A stretch of 64,000 bases of DNA. Source: an uncultured Lewinella sp. Its GTDB lineage: Bacteria; Bacteroidota; Bacteroidia; Chitinophagales; Saprospiraceae. The position numbers were made by a program, and so were the translations under genes. The stretch is from positions 19,496 through 83,495 of the forward strand of contig CAZQNE010000006.1 in NCBI GenBank assembly GCA_964594535.1, given 5' to 3'. Below the pieces are notes generated by a model. The model saw only the letters and a program-made list of their open reading frames with translations, was not told where the DNA came from and searched no databases. Shown here piece by piece: positions 28,883-38,308 of the stretch (the first letter of the stretch is position 1; every line of letters starts with the position of its first letter).

Positions 28883-29634
28883 TGCGCAGCTACCTATTCC
28901 TACTGCTGCTACTGGGCACGCTGCCGTCCGCCGCACAGGGCCTGGCCGGTACCCGCAACCTGGACCGGGCCCTACTGGTAGGGATCGGCTACGGCCCGTT
29001 TACCGCGGCGGGCGACCTGGGCGATCGGTTCGGCCGGGGCTTCGCCATTGAAGGGGCGGTGGACTTTACGGCAACCAATGCGGCCTGGCAGTTCGGAATT
29101 ATGGCTCAGTATGGATTCGGTAGTACGGTGAAGGAAGACGTGCTGGCCGGTCTGCGCACTTCCGCCGGCTCACTGGTCGGCAACCAGCGTGATCCGGCCG
29201 ACATCAATTTGCGGCAGCGACAGCTGTTCCTTGGCCCCCGGGCCGGCTACACGCTTGCCCTGGGCGAGAACCGGCGGGCCGGCGTACAATTCCGTACCGG
29301 AGTGGGCTACTTCTACCACCGAATCCGCATTCAGGACGACCCGGTACAGTTCGTGCCCCAGGTGGCCGAAGATTTGCAGGCGGGATACGATCGCCTGGCG
29401 GGCGGGCCGGCCTTCTACCAATTCATCGGCTACCAGCAACTGGCCCGGGACCGGCGGTTGAACTTCTTCATCGGCGCGGAAGCTACCCTGGCCTTTACCC
29501 GGAACCTACGTAGCTACGACATCCCGACCGGGGCCCCTCCACCCGGTGACGGACGCACGGACATCGCCCTGGGGGTGCGGGTGGGCCTCATTCTGCCGCT
29601 GTACATGGGGGAGGGCCGGCAAATTTATTACTGA
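28882..29634 (+). CDS. hypothetical outer-membrane beta-barrel protein
   Basis: Signal peptide; beta-strand pattern; TGATG overlaps at both ends. Confidence 0.6.
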   Translation: MRSYLFLLLLLGTLPSAAQGLAGTRNLDRALLVGIGYGPFTAAGDLGDRFGRGFAIEGAVDFTATNAAWQFGIMAQYGFGSTVKEDVLAGLRTSAGSLVGNQRDPADINLRQRQLFLGPRAGYTLALGENRRAGVQFRTGVGYFYHRIRIQDDPVQFVPQVAEDLQAGYDRLAGGPAFYQFIGYQQLARDRRLNFFIGAEATLAFTRNLRSYDIPTGAPPPGDGRTDIALGVRVGLILPLYMGEGRQIYY

Positions 29635-31691
29635 TGCGGTGGCTGTACCGTGCCGGGACGGCGGCCTACCACCTGGGAATCCGTGCGGCGGCGGCCTGGG
29701 GCAACGATAAAGCTACGGCCTGGGTAGCGGGACGGCGAGACTACAGCGAGGTGTACGCCAAACTGCAGGACTTACGCCTGAACGGCCGGCGGTTGATCTG
29801 GGTGCACGCCGCCAGCTTAGGAGAATTTGAGCAGGCCCGCCCGGTCTTGCGGGAATTGCGGGATCGGTATCCGGAACTGGCCGTGGTGGTCACGTTCTAC
29901 AGTCCGAGTGGGTACGCTCGTTGTCGGGGTACGGAATTGGCCGACCTGGTCGCCTACCTTCCCCCCGATGGCCGCCGGAACGCCCGGGAGTGGCTGAACG
30001 CGCTCCGGCCTAGTCTGGCCGTCTTCGTCAAGTATGAGTTCTGGTTCGATCACCTTTCCGCGCTGGATGAGGCGGGGGTCCCGACCCTCCTCATTGCCGG
30101 TAAGTTCCGGCCCGACCAACCTTTCTTCCGGTGGTACGGAAGCTGGTGGCGCGGAGAACTCGGGCATTTTACCCACTTCGGCGTCCAGACGGAAGCGGAT
30201 GCGCGACTGCTCGCCGGCATTGGGTATACTAATGCCGAAGTGACCGGTGACCCCCGGGTGGATCGGGTACTGCAATTGGCCGCTGCCCCCTTTTCCGATC
30301 CGGTGCTCGAGGGGTTTACCGCCGGTGCGGAACGGGTCCTCCTGGCCGGTTCGGTCTGGCCGGCCGACGTGGCCATCATCGCCGCGGCCTGGGCGGAGCT
30401 GCAGCACGATTGGCATCTCGTACTGGCCCCCCACGAGCTCCACCGCGCACAACTTAGTGAGTGGCAGCGTGACTTTTCGGCCGATCGCTATACGGAGTCG
30501 CTTACGGGGAAAAAGGTGTTGCTACTGGATACCGTCGGGATACTGAGCCGGGCCTATCGCTACGGGAGCGTAGCCTACGTAGGGGGGGGATTCGGTAGTG
30601 GGTTGCACAATACCCTGGAGCCGATGAGCTACGGACTACCGGTCTGCTTTGGCCCGAAACACGGAAAATTCCCGGAAGCGGGCGGCGCGGTGGCGGCGGG
30701 TGGGGCCTTCGTGGTTCGCAACGGCGGCGAACTGGCGGATACGCTCAGCAAACTGGCACGACCCGCTACCCGGCGATCGGCGGAGCGGGCCCAGCATGAA
30801 TATACCGAACGGCACCAGGGGGCGGCCGGGCGCACCTTCGATCTGATCCGCCGCTATCTGCCGTTGTGGTTGTTCCTCTTCGCTTCACCGCTGGTCGCCC
30901 AGTCCTGGTCCGCCGCCGACCGACTCGAAACCTGCCTGGACGGCATTTTCTCCAAATCCAACCTCATGGTTGCCCTCTCGGGTACCGAGTGGCGTCCGGG
31001 CCTTTGCCTGGGGGTAGGCAGATTGCGGGAGGGGGAATCCGCGGCAATACGGCTTGAATTGACGGCCGGGCACTCTTTCGTATTTCTTGCATCGGGTGAG
31101 GGGGCGGGGAGCGACATCGACCTGTACCTGAGGCGAAGTGACGGTACCATCCTGGCCACCGATGCCGAGGCGGACGGTACCCCCATCATCCGGTACGGTA
31201 CGGATACCGCTCACACGGTCATTCTCCAGCTTCACGTCCGGCAAAGCGACCGGGACACGGAATTCGCCGGTTTCGGAATCCTGCGTTCGGGGGGTACCGC
31301 TCTTCCGCGCGATCGGTACCGGGAAGTAGCCCAACGGTTTGGCGCGGCCGCGGGTGCGGTGCGGGCGGCGGGAGCGGCTACCGAATTTACTGTCGGTTCC
31401 AGTGGGTGGGCCGTACTGGGGTATTTAGTCGGCCGGGAAGAGGTGACGCTCGACGGGCTGAATTTGCCGTTGGGTAATAATTTCGTAGCGGTATCGGCGG
31501 GAGACCATATCCAGGACGTCGACCTGTTTCTGGCCGACCGAGATTTACGTTTGCTCCGTACCGACACGGGGAAGGACGCCTATCCGATGCTGGAGTATCG
31601 GGTTAGCGAACCTGGAGCCTTTCGTTTGCGCTTATCCATTGAACGCGCCCGGGAGCCGGACCTCCTGCTCCTGGGGTTTTTCACCCATTAA
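29634..31691 (+). CDS. waaA: Kdo transferase (WaaA/KdtA) continuing in-frame into a signal-like segment and a domain with two PPC-like repeats
   Basis: WVHAASLGEFEQ, FVKYEFW, AYVGGGFG and HNTLEP..YG.PV.FGP motifs in aa 1-~410; extra ~275 aa C-terminal. Confidence 0.85.
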   Translation: MRWLYRAGTAAYHLGIRAAAAWGNDKATAWVAGRRDYSEVYAKLQDLRLNGRRLIWVHAASLGEFEQARPVLRELRDRYPELAVVVTFYSPSGYARCRGTELADLVAYLPPDGRRNAREWLNALRPSLAVFVKYEFWFDHLSALDEAGVPTLLIAGKFRPDQPFFRWYGSWWRGELGHFTHFGVQTEADARLLAGIGYTNAEVTGDPRVDRVLQLAAAPFSDPVLEGFTAGAERVLLAGSVWPADVAIIAAAWAELQHDWHLVLAPHELHRAQLSEWQRDFSADRYTESLTGKKVLLLDTVGILSRAYRYGSVAYVGGGFGSGLHNTLEPMSYGLPVCFGPKHGKFPEAGGAVAAGGAFVVRNGGELADTLSKLARPATRRSAERAQHEYTERHQGAAGRTFDLIRRYLPLWLFLFASPLVAQSWSAADRLETCLDGIFSKSNLMVALSGTEWRPGLCLGVGRLREGESAAIRLELTAGHSFVFLASGEGAGSDIDLYLRRSDGTILATDAEADGTPIIRYGTDTAHTVILQLHVRQSDRDTEFAGFGILRSGGTALPRDRYREVAQRFGAAAGAVRAAGAATEFTVGSSGWAVLGYLVGREEVTLDGLNLPLGNNFVAVSAGDHIQDVDLFLADRDLRLLRTDTGKDAYPMLEYRVSEPGAFRLRLSIERAREPDLLLLGFFTH

Positions 31692-31729
31692 CCCGACCGT
31701 CGTTCGTGGCGGTTCTAACTACCCTATTC

Positions 31730-31948
31730 ATGGCAAGTGTAATGAAAGTAATCGAAGTACTGAGCGAGAGCCCGCGCAGTTTTGAGGAGGCCGTCGCCTC
31801 GGCGGTCGAGGAGACGGCGAAGAGCGTTCGCCACATCGAAAGCGCCTACGTGCGCGAACAGTCCGTCACCGTCGAAGACGGCAAAGTGTCGAAGTACCGC
31901 GTGAACGTCAAGATCACCTTCAAAGTAGATACGGGAAGCGCCGTATAG
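31730..31948 (+). CDS. dodecin family protein
   Basis: KVIEVLSESPRSFEEAV...YRVNVKITF; start at ATG 31730. Confidence 0.9.
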   Translation: MASVMKVIEVLSESPRSFEEAVASAVEETAKSVRHIESAYVREQSVTVEDGKVSKYRVNVKITFKVDTGSAV

Positions 31949-31992
31949 CGGCGTAGCCTACCGGGGCCGGATGCACCCTATATTGGCCCGGT

Positions 31993-33303
31993 ATGCCCAT
32001 TCTGCTTACCTTCCTGGCCGTAGTCGGCCTACTCCTACTGATCGTCCTGCTCAAGTGGCACCCCTTCGTGGCGCTGGTGCTGGTGGCGATCCTGACGGGC
32101 CTTCTGCTGGGTATGCCGGTCGGTACGGCCCTCGCATCGGTGACTTCCGGAGTGGGGGGGACGCTGGGGGGACTGGCGCTGATCCTGGGACTGGGAGCGG
32201 CCCTCGGTGGCGTAGTTGCCGAAACCGGGGCGGCACGGGTCATCACCGACCGACTCGTCGGAGACCGCAGGGGCGGGGGCGTACTGTGGAGCCTGTGTTT
32301 GGTCGGCTTCCTGATCGGTATTCCGTTATTCTACACGGTGGCCTTCGTGATGATGGCCCCCATCGTGTTCGCAACGGCCAAAAAAACCGGCCTACCCCTG
32401 GTCATGCTGGCGGTGGCGAGCGTAGCCTCCCTGTCGGTCACCCACGGCTTCCTGCCCCCCCACCCCGCCCCGGTCCTGATCGCCGATACCTACGGCGCGG
32501 ATGTCGGGCTGACCCTGCTGTACGGATTGATCCTGGCCGTTCCGGCCGTCGCCATTGCCGGTCCCCTGTTCGCGCGTACCCTTTCCGCGATGCCGATGAC
32601 GGAGGGGGCCGCGGTGGTGGACGATACGGAACTTCCCGACCGGCTGCCCGGGTTCGGACGAAGTTTGTTCTGTGCCCTGCTTCCGGTCTTGCTTCTGGCG
32701 ATTACGGCCCTACTGAAGGGTCTTCATCCGGGTCTTGCGACTTCACCCGCCCTTCAGTTACTCAGTGACGCCACGGTAGCGCTCCTGATCGGACTGGTTG
32801 CCGCAATGTTACTGCTGGGTGCCCAGACGGGGCAGTCGCTTGGCACGCTGATGTCCCGGGTAGGCGTGCAGCTTTCGCCCATGGCGGCCGTACTCCTGAT
32901 CATTGCCGGGGGCGGGGCCTTCAAGCAGGTACTGGTCGACAGCGGTACGAGTGCCTACATCGTCACTACCCTGGAGGGTTTCAACGCCCATCCCCTCGTC
33001 ATTGCCTGGCTGATTGCCGCGGCGCTCCGCATCACCCTGGGGTCGGCTACGGTGGCGGCCATTACGGCGGCGGGGATCGCCCTACCGCTGGCGGGAACGG
33101 GGGAGGTGAGTGCTGAACTACTGGTGCTGGCCACGGGGGCGGGAAGCCTGACCTGCAGCCACGTCAACGACACCGGTTTCTGGCTCTTCAAGGAATATTT
33201 CGGTCTGACGGTCACCCAAACGCTCCGGAGCTGGACGGTGATGGAAACGCTGGTGAGTGTAATCGGGCTGGTGGGGTGCTTGGGACTGGAGTGGGTGGTT
33301 TAG
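31993..33303 (+). CDS. GntP/DsdX family gluconate:H+ symporter
   Basis: HGFLPPHPAP, RITLGSATVA and SHVNDTGFW motifs. Confidence 0.92.
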   Translation: MPILLTFLAVVGLLLLIVLLKWHPFVALVLVAILTGLLLGMPVGTALASVTSGVGGTLGGLALILGLGAALGGVVAETGAARVITDRLVGDRRGGGVLWSLCLVGFLIGIPLFYTVAFVMMAPIVFATAKKTGLPLVMLAVASVASLSVTHGFLPPHPAPVLIADTYGADVGLTLLYGLILAVPAVAIAGPLFARTLSAMPMTEGAAVVDDTELPDRLPGFGRSLFCALLPVLLLAITALLKGLHPGLATSPALQLLSDATVALLIGLVAAMLLLGAQTGQSLGTLMSRVGVQLSPMAAVLLIIAGGGAFKQVLVDSGTSAYIVTTLEGFNAHPLVIAWLIAAALRITLGSATVAAITAAGIALPLAGTGEVSAELLVLATGAGSLTCSHVNDTGFWLFKEYFGLTVTQTLRSWTVMETLVSVIGLVGCLGLEWVV

Positions 33304-33306
33304 CCC

Positions 33307-34302
33307 CTACCTCACCAATCCACATACCCCCTTCACCTCCTTCACCGTTTCCTGCGCCCGTTTGCGGATTTCCCAGCTACTCTGCTTAATGCGATCCTTC
33401 ACGGCCCGGCGATCGGATTTCAGTTCCTCGAGTCGCTCCCGGATACCGGCACTTATTTCGACCAGGCCATCGGCTACCTCTTCCTTCAGGTCGGCGTAGC
33501 GGAGGGCCCCCGCCCCGTAGTCGTGGAGTAAACTAGCGTGTGCTTCGGTTCGCCCACTCGCCCGTAAGAGGCTAAACAAATTGGCGACTCCGGCCGACAT
33601 CGCACCCGCGCCCGCGCCCTCCCCTCCCGTGTCGGTAACGGCCGAACGGATTTGCTTACGGATGCGCTTTTCGTCGGCGAAGACATCGATGTTGTGCTTG
33701 TCGCCCAGGCTGGCGCTCATTTTGCGGGACGGGTCGGCCGTCGACATTACCTTGGGTACGCTGGTGTAGAGTGCCTCGGGGACCGGAAAGACCTCCCTAC
33801 CGGCAAAATTATTGAACCGCTGGGCGATATCGCGCGTCAGCTCCAGATGCTGCTCCTGATCCTTCCCGACGGGAACCAGGCCGGCCCGGTAGATCAGAAT
33901 GTCAGCGGCCTGCAGGGCGGGATAGGTGAACAGCCCGGCGGAGATAAAGTCCTCATTCTGCCCCCCCTTATCCTTGAACTGGGTCATGCGGGTGAGCTGT
34001 CCGTAGCTGGTGAAGCAACCCAGTATCCACCCCAGCTCGGTGTGCTCCGGAACCAGACTCTGGATGAATAAATTTTCCGGTCGGATGCCGCAGGCCAGAA
34101 GGTTGAAGCAAAGCTCCCAACTGTTTTCGGCCAGTTTCTTCGCAGTGAAGGGCATCGTCATGGCGTGGTAATTCACGACCATGTAGAGGCAGTCATACTC
34201 CTCCTGGAGCCGCTTCCAATTCTCAACGGCCCCGAAGTAGCGGCCGAAATGAAGCTTACCCGTGGGCTGAATCCCGGAAAGAATGGTGGTGGTGGCGGAC
34301 AT
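33307..34302 (-). CDS. trpS: tryptophanyl-tRNA synthetase
   Basis: SGIQPTGKLHFG (HIGH-like), YPALQAADIL, PVGKDQEQH and KMSAS motifs. Confidence 0.97.
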   Translation of the reverse strand: MSATTTILSGIQPTGKLHFGRYFGAVENWKRLQEEYDCLYMVVNYHAMTMPFTAKKLAENSWELCFNLLACGIRPENLFIQSLVPEHTELGWILGCFTSYGQLTRMTQFKDKGGQNEDFISAGLFTYPALQAADILIYRAGLVPVGKDQEQHLELTRDIAQRFNNFAGREVFPVPEALYTSVPKVMSTADPSRKMSASLGDKHNIDVFADEKRIRKQIRSAVTDTGGEGAGAGAMSAGVANLFSLLRASGRTEAHASLLHDYGAGALRYADLKEEVADGLVEISAGIRERLEELKSDRRAVKDRIKQSSWEIRKRAQETVKEVKGVCGLVR

Positions 34303-34306
34303 GCCG

Positions 34307-34314
34307 CGAAGGTA
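34307..34314 (-). promoter_or_regulatory. -7-like box (TACCTTCG) 4 nt before the trpS ATG
   Basis: Same motif and spacing as at other operon-first genes. Confidence 0.45.
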
Positions 34315-34359
34315 ACCGACCCGATCAAACTATTCGGAACGTAAGGCATTGGGGAAGCA

Positions 34360-35259
34360 GTGGTCAAGTCCATCCTCATCCTCCTCGCCCTGGCTGCCGG
34401 TTTGCTACTTCCCGCACTGGAAACCTACACCTTTACCCTGCGCCCCTTTTTGATGGCGCTGCTCTTCTTTTCCTTTCTCAACGTACGCATCGGCCGCGAC
34501 CTGTTCTCCCGTATGCAGCTGTACGCGGCGCTGCTCCTGCTACCGACGGGGCTGCTGATATATTACCTCGGCCAGCTTTACGCGGAAGACCTCGGGCTCA
34601 CCCTACTGCTGATGGGGCTGGCCCCCACGGCCGTCATCACCCCGGTACTGGCGCAAATCATGCGGCGTAGCCCCGGGTACATGGTGGGGGCCATTCTGGT
34701 TTCCCACGGCTGTTTTGCGCTGACGGTACCGTTGGTGTTGCCGGTATTGCTGGGTATCGAGCTTTCGGTATCCTCCCTGGTTCGACTGGTGTACACGATC
34801 GGGGGTACGGTGGCGGGGCCGCTGGTGCTGGCTCAATTGGTGAGGCGAATGAACGGACCCCTCTTAGTGGGGTTGCGCCGAATCGCACCCTATACATTCG
34901 CTCTATTCCTGAGCAACATCACCGTTGCTTCCGGTAGTTTGTCCCACTACCTGCGGTACGAAAGCAGTACGCCCTGGGTATTCGTGATCTATACGACCCT
35001 CGCTATCGGCGCTCTGGTGGTAATGAATTTCGCGGTCGGCAGTCGATTAGCGCCCCGGGGAAAGGCCGTGGAGGGCAGCCTGGCGCTGGGGCGAAAAAAT
35101 ACCATGCTCAGCATATGGATCGCGCTCGAGTACATCAACCCCCTCACGGTGCTGGGCCCGATGCTGTACATTTTGCTACAGAATATCCTCGTGGCGGGAC
35201 AGATTGCCTACGTGGAGCGGAAGGACCGGGCCTCAGCGTTTGTCCCACTTGAGCCGTAG
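34360..35259 (+). CDS. bile acid:sodium symporter-like membrane protein
   Basis: About 9 hydrophobic helices; APTA and GRKNT motifs. Confidence 0.7.
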   Translation: MVKSILILLALAAGLLLPALETYTFTLRPFLMALLFFSFLNVRIGRDLFSRMQLYAALLLLPTGLLIYYLGQLYAEDLGLTLLLMGLAPTAVITPVLAQIMRRSPGYMVGAILVSHGCFALTVPLVLPVLLGIELSVSSLVRLVYTIGGTVAGPLVLAQLVRRMNGPLLVGLRRIAPYTFALFLSNITVASGSLSHYLRYESSTPWVFVIYTTLAIGALVVMNFAVGSRLAPRGKAVEGSLALGRKNTMLSIWIALEYINPLTVLGPMLYILLQNILVAGQIAYVERKDRASAFVPLEP

Positions 35260-35670
35260 CCGGCCGTTGCGTTCGCTCAAGTCGACGTTGAAGTTGTTAT
35301 CGGTCAGGCGATCGACGATCCCGATCCACTGAAATGCAATGCGCCCCCCCGGGTCGAAGAAGTCGGCATCGATGGCAAACTCGAGGTCGTTGTCGTCGAA
35401 CTCCCGCAGGGCGCTGATCCGCCAGACGCCGTCGAACAGTTCCCCGGTGCCGGCATCGTAGCGTAGGCTAAAATCCGGAAAGAAGGTGATGCGGTCTCCC
35501 CGGAATTCATCCGTGATGTTATCGGCGAAGAGTTCGTCGTCCTCTTTGAAGCTCGCTTTGTCGATCTGCCAGGTACCGACCAGTCGGTCCTCTCTACGCT
35601 CGATCCGTTGTTCGATGCTACAGGAGGCGAACAGGAGGAAAAGCAGGAGGAGGAAACAGACGTACTTCAC
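35233..35670 (-). CDS. hypothetical lipoprotein (lipocalin-like)
   Basis: FASC lipobox; LVGTW motif. Confidence 0.65.
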   Translation of the reverse strand: MKYVCFLLLLFLLFASCSIEQRIERREDRLVGTWQIDKASFKEDDELFADNITDEFRGDRITFFPDFSLRYDAGTGELFDGVWRISALREFDDNDLEFAIDADFFDPGGRIAFQWIGIVDRLTDNNFNVDLSERNGRLRLKWDKR

Positions 35671-35755
35671 GGTTACCGAGCTGGGTGAACCGGAAGATCG
35701 GGCCCAGGGAGCTGCGCATCAATGCCGGACCACCCGTTTAAGGCTTATTTAACCG

Positions 35756-35986
35756 TTAAGCGCGTTCCAGGGCCTCGATGCTCTGTTTGTAGCTCTTCAT
35801 ACTACGGGCCTGGATTTCGGCGGTGGCATTGAGTACCTTCAGTTCCTCGTCGAGCCGCGTTTCCTGAACCGGATCGTTTTTGAAAAACCTTCGTCTCCGG
35901 TTGATCTCCAATAACTGTTGGATAGTGTTGCTCAGTGCGATCTTCGTCTTCAGGTACTTGTACTTCAGGTGTTTTCTGGTGCTCAT
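35756..35986 (-). CDS. small coiled-coil hypothetical protein
   Basis: 76-aa ORF filling the intergenic gap, with amphipathic helical sequence. Confidence 0.6.
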   Translation of the reverse strand: MSTRKHLKYKYLKTKIALSNTIQQLLEINRRRRFFKNDPVQETRLDEELKVLNATAEIQARSMKSYKQSIEALERA

Positions 35987-36039
35987 TCGGTAAGACTGGT
36001 TTTGCTGGTTAATCCAACGTTCGGGCGGTCTGGAAAATA

Positions 36040-36060
36040 GGCGATTATTTCGAAATCGCC
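36040..36060 (-). terminator. possible terminator of the GNAT-like gene
   Basis: GGCGATT/AATCGCC stem followed by TATTTT on the minus strand. Confidence 0.4.
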
Positions 36061-36155
36061 AACTTTTTCTTGCGGCTTCCTGCCCGGAAATTCTCTACCG
36101 AAATAACTCCCCGCAAGGGGCCGGGGTTGGTTACCGCTCATTCTGTGACCGAAAA

Positions 36156-37406
36156 TTAACCGAAGGCCCGGGAGCGAAAGGGATGCCGGGGCTGCCACTC
36201 CGGCTCGCGGAAAAACGCGGGAACGGCGGATGGGAGTAATCGCCGTAGGAACTTAGATCGGGGATACACCAGATTCGCGTAGGCGATGGGGCGCGCACCC
36301 AGGCTACTTTTGATCTCGGCGGCCGTCCGCCCCATATCCAGTACGCTTGCCCCGGCTTCCAGGCTAGTTTCCAGCATATCGCAGAGCATGTTGTGGTACA
36401 GATGGTGGGATCGCTTGTAGGCGGGCTCCATTCCCAGGAAGTGCGCCTGCCACACCGGCCCGTTGGGTAGCAGGGAGGTGAAACCGATCAAACGCTGCCC
36501 CTCGAAATAGCCGGTAATTCGTCCCTTTCCGCTTAACCAGTGCAGATAGGCCGGGGTCAGATCGGTGAGGTTCACGTCGGCCGCACCGCGGGTGAGCCGG
36601 TACAACCCATACATTCGACCCCGGATAGAATCAACCTCTTCCTCTTCGACCAAGTGGCTAACGATGCCCCGCCCCTTGTTACGGGCCCGCCGGTAGCGAA
36701 CCCGGTACTTGCTACTCAGGGCGGAGAGGTACTCATCGGGGGAATCGAAGGGCGTCAGGTCCAACCGCATGACCGGTTCACTCGGCAGCGCCACGTATCC
36801 CCGGCCGAGCAGGCGCGCGACCGCCGGATGCGCTTCCGGCCAGAGGTCTTTGATGAGGATGGCGCTAACCGAGGGTTCGGCGTGGAGTAAGTAGCCGCCG
36901 AGGGCGCGAATGAGCCGGCTGGCCTCCCGGTCGTCCAGAGTGGCCAGCCCGTCCGAGGCGTAATTCCCCGAAGTCAGTAATTGACCGATCACATACACGC
37001 GTGGCGTGAACAGCCCGAGCGATTTCCGGCGGAAATCGAAGCGGGACGTCGCCCCCTTTACCCCCTCCCCGATGTGGCGACTGGCCCGGAAGCGCATGTC
37101 TTGCAGGGTCAGGAGCACCCGTTGCCCGGTGGATGGCTTCCGTAAGTGGATACCGGCGGTGCTAAACCCCAGCGGCTCCTCCGCCAGGTACGACAGGGTG
37201 GAGGCGCGGAGCCAGAAACTCTCATCCCGCTCCGGTGTCGGCCATTCTTTGGCGAGTACATCCGGCGCTCCGACGATTTTGCCTACCCAGTCGGGGCAAC
37301 CCGGGAGCTCGAAAGCGACCGCTTCCTTCCGCCCGGGCTTAGGCGGGCGCGGTAATAGACATGCATCAAGTAGGGCCACGGTCCGGTGTGCTTTAGGGGC
37401 TAACAA
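36156..37406 (-). CDS. GNAT/FemAB-like acyltransferase family protein
   Basis: YLSALSSKYRVRY, HFLG and LDMGRTAAEIKSSLGA acetyltransferase-like C-terminus; start uncertain. Confidence 0.7.
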   Translation of the reverse strand: MLAPKAHRTVALLDACLLPRPPKPGRKEAVAFELPGCPDWVGKIVGAPDVLAKEWPTPERDESFWLRASTLSYLAEEPLGFSTAGIHLRKPSTGQRVLLTLQDMRFRASRHIGEGVKGATSRFDFRRKSLGLFTPRVYVIGQLLTSGNYASDGLATLDDREASRLIRALGGYLLHAEPSVSAILIKDLWPEAHPAVARLLGRGYVALPSEPVMRLDLTPFDSPDEYLSALSSKYRVRYRRARNKGRGIVSHLVEEEEVDSIRGRMYGLYRLTRGAADVNLTDLTPAYLHWLSGKGRITGYFEGQRLIGFTSLLPNGPVWQAHFLGMEPAYKRSHHLYHNMLCDMLETSLEAGASVLDMGRTAAEIKSSLGARPIAYANLVYPRSKFLRRLLPSAVPAFFREPEWQPRHPFRSRAFG

Positions 37407-37488
37407 GCGGAAGTAACATATGGATGTGCGACCTTATATCCGGCGAAGTAACCAGCCGGTGTATCTTTCGCCCCATATTCGGTCCTCT

Positions 37489-38307
37489 ATGATTCAACGT
37501 ATTCTGGTCCCCACTGATTTTAGTGACGGCTCCGCCGCCGCCCTCCGGTACGCCGAAGCGCTGGGGGAGACAATCGGCGTGAGTGAGGTACGCGTCATCC
37601 ACGTCTTCACGCCCCAAACGGTCCCGGCCGATACGGTGGTGGCCGCCCCCGTGGGCGAACTCATGGATACCCGCGAACGGGACCTCAGCGATTTTTTGAG
37701 GCAGTATCCAGCCCCCGCCGGAATCCGACGCCGCAGCGAACTGCTGCTGGGCTTCCCCGCCGACAAGATCGTTTCCGAAAGCAAGCGGACCGATCTGGTG
37801 GTGATGGGTGCCACCGGGGAAACCGATCTGCTCGAAGAGGTATTCGGCACCGTTGCCTCGGAAGTGACGCGCCGGGCCGAATGCCCGGTTTTGTTGGTCC
37901 CCCAACGGGCCACATTCAGCAACTACCGGCACATCCTCTACGGCAGTAGCAGCCTCTCGCTGAGCCGCCGGGCCGTCCTGCAACTGATGGAGTTCAACGA
38001 CCTGTTCCGGGCGCGTATCCACTTCGTACACGTGAATGAGGATGGCGATGGCGACCGCCGGGAACGGGAAAAACTGTTCGCCCCCCTATTCAATAACCCC
38101 GACCCCGAGTTCGCCTTCGAGATCGTGGAAGTCACCGCCGGCACCGTCCAGGAAGGACTGACGAACTATCTGCGGAACAATCAGGTCCAACTGGCCGTAA
38201 TGGTCACCGAGCACCGGGGCTTTTGGCAACGACTGTTTCACCATAGCGAGACGAAGCAGATGGTCTTTCATCCGGAGGTGCCGGTGCTGGTCTTACACCT
38301 GGAATGA
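37489..38307 (+). CDS. universal stress protein (tandem Usp)
   Basis: RILVPTDFS, DLVVMGATG, FGTVASEV and CPVLLVP motifs; start moved to ATG 37489. Confidence 0.92.
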   Translation: MIQRILVPTDFSDGSAAALRYAEALGETIGVSEVRVIHVFTPQTVPADTVVAAPVGELMDTRERDLSDFLRQYPAPAGIRRRSELLLGFPADKIVSESKRTDLVVMGATGETDLLEEVFGTVASEVTRRAECPVLLVPQRATFSNYRHILYGSSSLSLSRRAVLQLMEFNDLFRARIHFVHVNEDGDGDRREREKLFAPLFNNPDPEFAFEIVEVTAGTVQEGLTNYLRNNQVQLAVMVTEHRGFWQRLFHHSETKQMVFHPEVPVLVLHLE

Positions 38308-38308
38308 A

